Origin: Asterias amurensis
Lineage: Eukaryota
NCBI RefSeq assembly: GCF_032118995.1
Contig: NC_092652.1
Coordinates: 27,235,339-27,299,338 of the forward strand
Reading direction: 5' to 3'
Length of the DNA stretch: 64,000 nucleotides
Shown: positions 1 through 11,100 of the stretch, piece after piece
Numbering within the stretch: position 1 is the first letter of the stretch
How the letters are laid out: the number at the start of each line of letters is the position of its first letter
The notes under the pieces: model-generated
Seen by the model: only the letters and a program-made list of their open reading frames with translations
Told to the model about the DNA's origin: nothing
The model's database searches: none
Translations under genes and position numbers: made by a program

Positions 1-43
1 TTCTACACTTGATATTTTTGAACAGATGCAACGATATATTTAC

Positions 44-245
44 CTTAATATCAATAAGAAATCCCTCTAGTGGTCTGAATAAATTATGTATAGTCAGATG
101 AAAGTCAAGTTGTTGCATAACGAGTAACTCGTGACCTAATATAAGCTCTGCTGCCCTCTCTTGGTCAGCGCTGAGATTTCCACAGAATTGCGTAATGGAG
201 ACATTGAATTCTTCTATCTTACAAGCAAGATACACACACGTCAAC
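44..245 (-). CDS. CCNH: cyclin H internal coding exon (cyclin box region)
   Basis: Minus-strand translation (K)LTCVYLACKIEEFNVSITQFCGNL..ELILGHELLVMQQLDFHLTIHNLFRPLEGFLIDIK matches human CCNH [58 protein letters not shown]. Acceptor is ctttacag|, donor is AAG|GTAAAT. Starts with 1 nt (phase) and ends in phase 0. Confidence 0.65.
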
Positions 246-660
246 CTGTAAAGAAAAAGTCACCAGTTTTAAAACTTCTTGATCAGGAAAATACATTTGA
301 TTAAGTATTTAACTTTTATTTCCACAGAACTCTGGAAGTACTGAGAATACACAGTGCTTACACCAGGTTAGAACAGAAAATAAGGTCAGGAAATCTGGTA
401 AAATTACCTCAAGGAAAAAATAACAAAAATTGGAATGGTTTAGGCAGTTAACCCTGAGCAAGTATTCAGTTGCGAATAATGTTTTTGAAGTAGGGGTTGA
501 AACATTAATATCGTAAGAAAATTTGTTATTGCTTAAAAGGTTGGTAATGAGTATTCTAATTATTTTTCATTTATTGTTATTATTCTAAGACCAATGAGGT
601 TAGAGCGGCGTCTTCTCCAGTAACAATCTTATAGTTCTAGGAGTAGGTCAGGGGTGGAAG

Positions 661-683
661 GGGGGGGGGGGGGTAACATCCTT
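661..683. repeat. homopolymer G23
   Basis: Direct reading. Other G10-G12 runs lie at 15893, 16066, 20468, 61190 and 61681. Confidence 0.9.
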
Positions 684-694
684 ACATAATAAAC

Positions 695-759
695 TTAGGA
701 TGATAATCCATCACTGTGTTGCGCAGGTAGAATCTCTTGAAATATGCACATGATGTACC
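695..759 (-). CDS. CCNH: cyclin H internal coding exon
   Basis: [21 protein letters not shown](K) matches human [22 protein letters not shown]. Acceptor ctttacag|GGT, donor AA|GTTTAT. The phase links exon 1198..1320 (phase 0) to exon 44..245 (1-nt start). Confidence 0.55.
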
Positions 760-1197
760 CTGTAAAGACAGCAAAACAAAATCACTTGTGAAATTTATGG
801 ATTTTAATGCTAGTTTGGCAAATCTTTAGCCCGTCGAGGGCGAGCTGTTCACCCTTGAAAATTAAGTAAAAGCAACTAAGTCACTGGAGTTTGTTTTTTT
901 TAAATCCAAGGTCCAATTTTATGACGTTTCTTACGCAGAAAATATTGCTAAACAATTTATGCTAAAGAAAGTGAACAGGAGACCAGTCACAAATCGTACA
1001 GAAAACGTGGTAGTTTGGCTCGTAACCTTATTCTAGTACCCAGCGATAAGTATAATTCTTTTGTTTTTAGCTACTTTTGCAAAAGGAAACTCTATTAGAA
1101 TATCTTAATTAAAGACAATGGAAAACTGTCAAGGGCATCAAGGGGCATAACCTCTGTGTACTTACTGGCCTTGGCATGGTATGTTCTTATTACTTAC

Positions 1198-1320
1198 CTT
1201 AACACTTGGTGGCATTGGGGGCTCAAATCTTCGGCAGAAATCTCGCAGTAGATGTTCATAATGACGACACAAAATGTATTCCTCATTTGCAGAAAGGAAA
1301 AAAGATCCTGGATCTTTCCT
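1198..1320 (-). CDS. CCNH: cyclin H internal coding exon
   Basis: RKDPGSFFLSANEEYILCRHYEHLLRDFCRRFEPPMPPSVK matches human (K)[42 protein letters not shown]. Acceptor ttttctttgacag|, donor AAG|GTAAGT. 123 nt, phase 0-0. Confidence 0.6.
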
Positions 1321-1839
1321 CTGTCAAAGAAAATCATTGAATGATTCATAAATACCTCGGACTGTTTCAAGTCTCTGATTGGTCAACACCCGATCACATG
1401 GGGATGTATTAACGGGCGGTATAAAGACCGGCTTTGGAAACTAGCGAGTAAATGGCCCCTAAACCTACATTGTGTACAACTAGTTTCACTTTGCACTGTG
1501 CGAGGTAATGACCTTGGTTGGTGGCTGGCACTGTTAACGGACCTCCTCACACTGTTATTCCCTAATTATTGCTTCTTACATTGTAAATACATTAATATAG
1601 GCCTAGGTGTCATTGGGATTTGATAATATTAATATTGCAACTACTAAGCCTGATTATCAATGTCATTATTTAAAGATTCATTAAACTATTTGTTAACTTA
1701 ACCATTTCCTTCCTCCATACCATGATTTAACTAAAACTTTCTATCTATCTATCTTCCAATTGAGTACATCCCTCCAGTTCCATAGGAGTAATTTTTTTTT
1801 TTTTTCTAAATGTTTATAATAGACCTTGCACATGACGTC

Positions 1840-1975
1840 ATTTCAGTACGGCGCCCTCGCCTTGAGAGAGGTCAAAAGGAGGTTGTTCATTGGCCAATCT
1901 ATGTGCGTTTTGATTGTTTCGTCACCGTTTGACCTCAAAGATGGCGGCTGGATGACGTCAATGCATAAGGTCTAT
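1840..1975. promoter_or_regulatory. GC-rich island with two TGACGTCA (CRE) palindromes, a CCAAT box and flanking ~25-bp inverted repeats; candidate (bidirectional) promoter
   Basis: Seen directly: catgacgtca at ~1842 and gatgacgtca at ~1953; attggccaatc at ~1888; aaagATGGCGGC Kozak-like motif at ~1929. The inverted flanks are aatagaccttgcacatgacgtca and tgacgtcaatgcataaggtctatt. The island sits in AT-rich context about 500 bp upstream (on the minus strand) of the most 5' CCNH exon found. Confidence 0.3.
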
Positions 1976-3039
1976 TATTATTATATATAATATAATCTTT
2001 ACATTACTTTAGTTGCAATGATCGCGAACCTCTGGCCACTGACCAGTTTAATACTATAGGTACCAGCTGGGTTAGGAATGATCATCTCAACTACAAACTA
2101 CTTGGGAAAGTAGGCCCTACCATACATAGGCCATTTCTACCTCCATGCTGAGCTAGTATTTTTTAAACAAACCTTTGCTGAGATAAGATGATGTCGTTCT
2201 TGGAATCGAGTATTGCATTCTTGTCTGAGAATTTCTACATCCTTTTCGCTGCTGAATGTCCAGCATCTCTTCTGAGTGCTGCTCTGAAACATCACAAAGC
2301 TGAGGCTAACAGAATGATACTCATGAAAAAATATATCATTTATTGTGAGACCGTCTGCAACTTTTCAAGTTCAAAATGAAAGGCAAATGAACTAACTTAT
2401 CTCACATTCAACAAAACCATGTTTTGATTTTGATTTAGTACAGCAAAACCATATAAAGTATGGTTACATTTCCTTTATTATTACTTTTCTTCATTCATGA
2501 GTAAAGGGTACCTGACTATTTTTTTCTCGACCTAGAGAGGGCGCAAACACGGACGTTTGGTAGTTTAATGTTCCCTTTTCTGAAGAATGTTTTTGTGGGG
2601 TACCACAAGAACAAAGAAACCCTTGGGTTGCATTGTTTCATTGTTAAAGTGGCCATCGTAGGGGTGGGTCAGGGACTGTTTAAACAACTTAGTTATCAAG
2701 TTAAACTTTAGCTTACCTAATTATGTGGGCCCAATCACTTTATTGTGGTTAGGGTTTCAAAAAGTGAAAGTGAACAACAGGTCTTTTTGTAAATTCATTC
2801 CCACACCAAACATTGTTTGAAATAAACACACCACAGACCCAACCTGTGAACACTTTATCAAAAGATCTACTTTTTTATTTAAAACTTTTTCTAAAAGAAG
2901 TTTTTTTTACTCTGAGCTTTTTTGCGCACATTATACAAACTTTCAATAATGTTCGAAAATAGTTATTGGTCTTTCTCGTCTTCGACAGTCCCTTGTTATG
3001 AGCTACATATACACATATGAGCTACATATAACAAATGAG

Positions 3040-3430
3040 ATTTCACTATTTTTTCAATTGAAAATAAATTGCATATTCTCTTTAAAGCCATTATACATTT
3101 TCAGTAAACAGTATTGTCCAAGTCGCACACTTCGTGTATCACAACTTATACATAAAATAACAAACCTGTGAAAATTTAGGCTCAATCGGTTATCGGAGTC
3201 GGGAGAAAATACTGGGAAAACCCACTCTTGTTTCCGCGCGTTTCGCCGTGTCATGACATGTGTTTCAAATAAATCTGTAATTCTCGCTAACGAGAATTGA
3301 TATTGTTTGAATGTTTTCTCAAAAAGTAAAGCATTTCATGGAACAATATTTCAAGAGAAGTCTTTCACCACTACCTTCTGTAAACCCTGTAAATTATTTG
3401 TAAATCTGTGAATTTTTTTTGTTTTTCTGT
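3040..3430 (-). repeat. copy (reverse orientation) of the 380-bp repeat at 36050..36430
   Basis: Reverse-complement identity by eye. Confidence 0.65.
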
Positions 3431-5031
3431 ACCGAATATGTGTATAATGGCTTTAATGCACTTTCTAACGATAATCAGAGAGATATAAGATTTAAAATTT
3501 AAATAAAACAATCTTCAAAACTCAAAATCACACTGTAAGAAATGGATCTAACTTTCTTATATAATTTTATTTAAAATATATCTTAATGCTACAAAGTTTT
3601 AATAAACTGAAACAAAAGTCTGACCATCCCTATAAATTCTATGAAAAAAAAATGAAAAAAATCAATTGATCCAGTACCGATGTTAAAGAAAATCTTTATT
3701 GAAATTATTAAAGTTTTGAAGGTTGCATGTCTGAAGACGAAGATCAGTCATCCCTCAGACCTTCAGATCTTGGTCTTCCAGGGCTGGACTACAAAAATGT
3801 TTAACAGACTTCTCTCAATACATTAGAACTTTAGGTTTGAATTGAGTATTTTTTCTCAAGAGTTATACAAAATAAGACACAACCATTCAAAATCTTAAAG
3901 CTGCATATAGGCACTACCTGGATTTTTCAAAGCAGTGAAAATGCAAATGTTTTCATAATTATTTTAACCACCTCAAAACACCAGACCATCCCACAAACAT
4001 TTCCTGCATATAGTTACATGATAATTATTAAAACAAAATATTGCAAATATATATCTCAAACTGTCCTACTTACAATATATCTATACATTTCTAACATTGT
4101 TAAGTTCACATCTGATGTCTTTTTTATAATAAAACAAACATAAATAAATTCACAAATCTCCCACTCTTATTATTGGCTTCTACATACAGACGTCTTATCT
4201 AATTACCTGACTGATAATCACACTCAAACATAGTCATAACTATTATCATTATATTTTACCACAATCCTCTTGTAGATTTAGTAATCTTATAAATTTTGTT
4301 TAAAAAAAACTTTCAAGCCAAAAATAATTATATTTACAAACCAACTCCTTCTGAAAGCCTCAATATAAATTCTTAACTCTCTGTATGAAACACCATTGTT
4401 GAAGGGATGTTGAACAGTCACTTAAAATTGATGAACGAAAACACAATGTCTCGTTGTTATGGATACAAGCCTTTATATTTTGAGAAATAATCACTTAATA
4501 TTCAAATCAACCAAAAACTATTACTTACCGGTAATATTATTTCCAAACGAAATAGATTTCTTTTCTACATGAAAAGGTATGTCAGTTTGAAGTTATAAGA
4601 GTAGTTTAAGAAATGTTTGCAAGAAATAAAATGGTGAGAATGAATTTGCATATACTTTCTCTTCAGAAATTGCTATTTTAGTAACGTGCACAACTGAAGT
4701 AAAACTGACAAGGATTGTTATTTTCCAGTGGTGTACACTAAAGTATATAACACAATCACGGAAGCTATTCAAACTGGGCTTAATTTCATGGCTCTACTCC
4801 CCATAACCCCCTAATCAGCGCTTACAAAAGAAGAAATACTCAGTGCAGACATTTTTGCTAGTGGGCATGTTCAAATCACAATGCAAAACATTGTTTTCAT
4901 ACACAGCTAGTGCAGTAATTTGGTGCTTACACTATAAGCGGACAAAAGTGACTGTAAGCGCAGTAGTCCAATGTAAGCAGAGCCATGAATTTAGCCCTGG
5001 TGTCGTCACAATCCCTTAACTCTCACACTTA

Positions 5032-5172
5032 CTAATTTCCGCTTGAACTTTTGCTGCACCATTCCAAGAAGTAAACATTACCAAGTTTGTCTCCACAGAT
5101 AAATTCACTGCATTCTGGGATTGGTGAGGTCGTTACCGTAGTAATAGGCGCTTGGCAATAGAACTGACCCAC
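5032..5172 (-). CDS. TEP1: TEP1 terminal coding exon including the stop codon
   Basis: [46 protein letters not shown] vs human C-terminus ..LQLAVGDVQGNVYFLNWE*. Stop TAG at 5032..5034. Confidence 0.7.
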   Translation of the reverse strand: MGQFYCQAPITTVTTSPIPECSEFICGDKLGNVYFLEWCSKSSSGN

Positions 5173-8100
5173 CTAAAGATAAATGAAGATAAAGAACTTA
5201 AATTGTAAAATAATAAATAATAATTACTACAATTACAATACTTGTAAAGTGCATTTAAAAATTTGCAAATTTTAAGATCATTGATTATTGAAAATTAAAC
5301 ATTACCTGTTTCAAGTTCTTACGAGACCACAACTTGAGGGCGCTATCTTCTGATGCAGTGCAGATGACATCGTCACAGACAGCTAGGTCATTCACTCCAT
5401 CTGTGTGAACCTAGAAATAAATAAGAAAATAGCGTTAATGTTACAACAGCTTACCAACCAAAGCACTGATGGTTTAAATGCTAAAATCTTGTTTTGACGT
5501 TTCGGCCCGAGCAGAGTTTTTCTAGAAAGTTTTTCGGAAATCAAGAGACTTCTCATTTCTGAAACAAACTATCCTGCTTTTGAACTACTACTTAGGCGAA
5601 AGGTGGAAAGTCGGCCAGGACTACTATCTATATGACCTACCTTTTTCTTTGATATAACTTCTTGCGTCGTGACGTCACACACTGCCAAGTATCCCATGGA
5701 GTCTACTGTTAAAACTGCTTTCTTCATTCCCTTACCGGCGTCGCCTAAACCAAGCCGCTTACCACTGCGTAACTCTACTCCAGCGCAGGCTGATACCCAG
5801 CAAGGAGGCTGGTAACCAACAACCTTCTCCTCTGGGTTCATGATGATGAATCGTGAGGCAGGGAACAACTCCTAAAACAAAATGATTAATAACATTATAA
5901 ATTGCAACTTGTGAAACTTAGGGCCTTGTCACATGAGGCACTTTACAGGCAACAAGTTCCAAGCAATCTCCAAAAAGAAAAGATTTTTTTGTCTTTCAGC
6001 ATGTTTTAACAATCACAAATTAGTTTGTCTTTATACATAAATGAGGTAATCATATTGGCTTACTGATAACCTTGAACTTTGACCCTTGCACCCAGTGTTT
6101 TAGATATCCCAGAGGATGTTCTTACCAAGTTTCTGAAGTGTTGTATCTCTCCTGCTGCAGTAGTTGCTACCATGGTGTTATCTCTTAGAATCTTCACATC
6201 TAAGATCCAATCAGGGGAGTCCTTCTCATCTCTAGACAAAAATAAGAAAAATCACAAAAGAGTTTGTTTTCACAATCTTCCCATCGATGGAATTTAGAAA
6301 ACTCACACAAGGGGATTTAAACACTAAGCTGGCAACAGAAAATCTCTCTCATACAAACATTGGTTTAATGTCTATGATTATGACTTGCACCAATCTAGAA
6401 ATTATGATTCAGTAACTAGACGACAATACTTATAAATATATTTTTGGGTTGCAGAATACAAACAAGTACTTCACACAACTGTGCAGTCTTTCCAGTGAAC
6501 AAAATGGCCGGTACACAAAAGCATCAACAATGTTAACAGTTTAAAGGCACTGGACACTATTGGTAATTACTCAAAATAATTGTTTGCATTCAAACTAACT
6601 TGGCAACGAGCAATGGAGAACTTTTGATAGTATAAAACATTGAAAACATTGACACAGCTCCCTCTGAAGTAACGTAGTTTTTAAGAAAGAGGTAATTTCT
6701 GACTCAAATATTAAAAGACTTTAGACCTGAAGCCTTTTTTAGGCATCTGAAAGCAGAAAAATTTGTGCAACAAGGTTTTTTTCTTTCTTCCATTATTCTC
6801 TTGCAACGTTTGTGACCAATTGATAAGTCGAAATGTTCACAGGTTTATTATTTGATGCATTATGTTGGGATACACCAAGTGAGGATACTGGTCTTTGACA
6901 ACTACCAAACATGTCCGATGTCTTTAAGAATGAAGAGGTTTTGTAATACCTTTTGTAGATTGCTCGTAGTTTGCCGGAGTCACACTTGAATGAGCATACC
7001 ATGGCTGCCCAGTGACCTGTATAAAGGTTATCCCTCAAAGGGTCATAGGTCATACATGTGATTGGGCTCTTCTCATAACCTTCAGTCTGCATACTTTTCC
7101 TCTGTCTGTAAAAAGTAGTATTTTTCCCGAAGATTAGAAATGATGTTAAATTACTCAAGTTCAGTGTTCTCAGAACTGGGCCCAGTTTCATGGGTCGGCT
7201 TACTGTCAAATTCTGTATTTGCAATCACTATTCTTCGCTTACAGGGCAAGCGCCAATTTCTGCGCTAGATGTGTAAGCGAAGTTTCGTAGAACATGCACA
7301 CACACAAGCAATAATTCCCTGCTAACCTGTGAACTTTGCTTGATGTAAACTCAGAATTCCCTGCTTACATAATCATTGATTCTTTGATACGGTAAGCATT
7401 GATTCTTTGCTTCCAGTAAGCAGGGATTTCTGAGCTTATGGTAAGCGTTGATTCTTCGCTTGCGGTAAGCATTGATTCCCTGCTTACATGAGAATTGATT
7501 CTTTGCTTTCAGTAAGCACTGATTCTTTGCTTACGGTAAGCATTGATTCTTTGCTTACAATAAGCATTGATTCTTTGCTTATGGTAAGCATTGAATCTTT
7601 GCTTACGGTAAGCATTGATTCTTTGCTTATGGTAAGCATTGATTCTTTGCTTATGGTAAGCATTGAATCTTTGCTTACGGTAAGCATTGATTCTTTGCTT
7701 ATGGTAAGCATTGATTCTTTGCTTATGGTAAGCATTGAATCTTTGCTTACGGTAAGCATTGATTCTTTGCTTATGGTAAGCATTGAATCTTTGCTTACGG
7801 TAAGCATTGATTCTTTGCTTATGGTAAGCATTGATTCTTTGCTTACGGTAAGCATTGATTCTTTGCTTACGGTAAGCATTGATTCTTTGCTTACGGTAAG
7901 CAGAGCCATGAAATTGGGCTCAGGAAAGAGAGGAGAAAAGAGAAGAAAACTGAAAGAGTTATTGATCTTCAGAAATAAAACTCACTGTACTCTCCACGCA
8001 GTCATGGGTGGGGTTGGGGCGTCAATATCCCACACGGTGACAATACCATTGTCAGACCCCAAAGCAAACCGGGTGTCACTCAAGAAGCATACAGCATTGA

Positions 8101-11100
8101 TGGCCTTATCCATTAACTGATGGCAAAAACCAGAAATATAGATAAGAAACTTCAATCTCAATTAAATAGTTAATAGCCTGATGTTTCAACCCTAGCAGTA
8201 TTCTAGCCTTTGAGAAACACTCTGCTTGGTTCGATATGTCAGGCCATTACTTTTTGCATTTATACCTTTTGGTTGGTAAGCAGATTGCAAAAGCTGTTTC
8301 TATTTTCTCAGAAGTTGCATGAGCTACACAAACAGGCACTGTGCACAGTGTTTAAAACACAGGATTCTTTTAATACAACACAAAATGTACAGAAATACAA
8401 TGTTCTTCTTATGGACAAGTGATGATTAAACAAACTTAGTCACGTTTAATTTGCCATTATTTTGCAGAATTTTAAAATCAATTGAAAATAGGGTGCACGA
8501 CTTTGTGGGTGTGTTTTTCTTTTTAGGTTACCTTGTTTGAGAAGACAACCTTTGGTAGAGTCAGTGAGGTAGACTTCTTCTCAGGCATCTTCCAGACCAT
8601 TACTTCACCATTCCTTCAAAAATAAAATACAAGAAGTTATACAAAAGTGCTGAAAATTTTAACATAAAACTTATATAAGCTAACGTCATTCACGTCTAAA
8701 GGTTAGAGAAAACTATGGATGACTACTTTAAAAGTCTGAAACTGGGATCCAGATCTTACGAGTATCATCAGGCTGGTAAAATATCAACTTATCAAATGAA
8801 TTTTCTACAAAACACAGCCAATACTCACGTAAATTGTTTTTACTTTTCGACTAGTATCACTAGTGATCATCAGAACGAGGCACCAGTCCCACCAGTTTCC
8901 TGCTACAGCTACTTGATGGTGGTTAGGCCAATTGTGGCAGTAGTAAATGGCACCACCAACCGACTGGTTGTGCCTCGTTCTGAGGATGACTATTGATTAT
9001 ACTAGTTGAAACGTAAACGAAATTTACGTAAGTAATGGCTGTGTTTTGTAGAAAATTTGATTGATAAGTAGATCTTACGAGGTACATTGAAATGATAGCG
9101 TTCCAACCTTTTGACAACCCCTTTGATATAGATTTCAAGGAGCTTTTGGGAATTCTAATAAGATTAAGCAATATCCTCAGAGCTAGAGAGGTAGATCAAA
9201 GAGCTATACTTTTTTGTTTTGAGAAAAATATAACATTTTATACCAGGAAGACTTTAAAAAGTCTGAGTTTCAGATAAAAGTCTGAAATTTCTCATCCCTG
9301 AACTAAACACGCTCCGTTTTGCAGGCTTGGAATTTCATCTTTGAAAGGGCAAGGCCATTTTTATTTTGCAAAGGGCACTTCCGTTGGACAATCTTAAAGG
9401 AACACGTTGCCTTGGATCGGACGAGTTGGTCTATAAAAAGCGTTTTTTAACCCTTTTTATAAAATGCATATGGTTGGAAAGATGTTTTAAAAGTAGAATA
9501 CAATGATCCACACAAGTTTGCCTCGAAATTGCGTGGTTTTCCTTTTACTGTGCGAACTTACACGGTAGGCCATTTATGGGAGTCAAAAATTTGACTCCCA
9601 TAAATGGCCGACCGTGTTAGTCGACGAGGTAAAAGGAACACCGTGCAATTTCGAGGCATGTTTGTGTGGGTTATTTTATTCTACTTTTACAACGTCTTTC
9701 TACCTATATGCATTTTATAAAAAAACAGTTACAAATACTTTTGAAAGACCAAATCGATCGATCCAAGGCAACATGTTCCTTTAAAGTCTATGGGAACTTT
9801 TGAAGGGGCACCAAGGCCAAGACCAGGGGCAACAGGGGCTATGCCTCCTTGGCCTTTGTGTAATTCGAGGCATGATCTTGTAGACCAGGTCCCAATTTCA
9901 TAAAGCCTGGTAGCACAAATACTTGCTAAGCACAAAACAACACTTGCTTAGCAAAAACAGCTTAACAGCCAGAACACCATTATCTATGCTGTTACTGGTA
10001 CCCTTGTCATTTCTTGCTCAGCCAAGAAACTTGCTTCAACAGAACCTTCTACTTTACATCTTTATGAAATTGAGCCCTGATATTGACTTGTTTGCTTACC
10101 TGCTCGCAGAGATGGCGTACGTTGCTTTAAGGGAATACGCAGCACATGTAACCTCACCATTATGACGAGCAGAAAGGACCTGAGCCTCCAACTATTAACA
10201 CAAATCAAATACAATCAGTAAGATTTTCTTGTCAACAAATTTGGCTGTTGTGATCTAACCAGTCATTGAACAAGATCTAGACAGTTGGGTTGGTGTAGTG
10301 GTATCTTTCCTAGCCTTCCAAATCTAGGACCCGCGTTCAAATCCCACCAGAGGCACTCCATGCATTAGGTTTCAGTGCCTGCCTAACTGCGTGGGTTTTC
10401 AATGCAATAAATCTCTGGGGTTTTCTCCCCACTCAAAACTTCCTCGTCTTCTCTCCACGAGGTTCTTGACTAGTATAGAGATTAAGTTCAGAATTAATAA
10501 ATAAATAAATAAAAGTACTGGGTCCAATTTATTACATTATAATGTAATAATATATTATTATAAATAAGTCTGGGTTTGCTCATAACTTGTTCAGTGACTA
10601 GCCAGCAAAACCAATTAACTTTAAATTAAATGGGATACTTTTCATCCCTGAGCTAGTCACCCAGACCACTTGGAGACTGAAATCTAACTGGCATTTGGCC
10701 AGCAGTCCGCTGTTAAGAGAGAGCACTGTAAGCACAACAAAATAATGCTTACCAGAATATGTTACCAGCCAAAATACCTTGGCACATGTATCATCTGTGA
10801 CTGGCATCCCGCGAAGCAGGAAATCATTAAGCAATAATTTCTGCTTAAGCAGCTCTTTGAAAATTATGCACTGAATAGAATGGAAGAATCAAGTCTTACC
10901 TTCGGAGTCCAGAACTTCATTGTTTTATCATGTGACCCTGTGATCACATGACCTTTGCTTGATACAGCTACGGCCACAACGCTATCGGAGTGTCCACTCA
11001 TAGATGACATCTCATTGCCCTAAAAAAGGAAAATGGAGAAAAATATGCAATTACTGCCATTTTAAGAAGACAATCTATTGTTCTGTAACAAATCTGAAAA

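Noticed and set aside
2188-2379. 63-aa plus-strand ORF downstream of the CRE/CCAAT island
   Set aside because: AT-rich, no homology and no splice context. The ATGGCGGC motif in the island gives only MAAG* before a stop.
6793-7224. 143-aa minus-strand ORF
   Set aside because: Most of it is the MITE/SINE-like repeat (shares ..[13 protein letters not shown].. with the repeat-derived N-terminal part of ORF 32358..32756). Intronic to TEP1.
7484-8120. 141-aa (minus) and 210-aa (plus) ORFs in the ORF track
   Set aside because: Pure read-through of the 24-bp satellite (repeat-peptide SKESMLTV / SIDSLLTV). The real TEP1 exon here is 7991..8116 on the minus strand in another frame.
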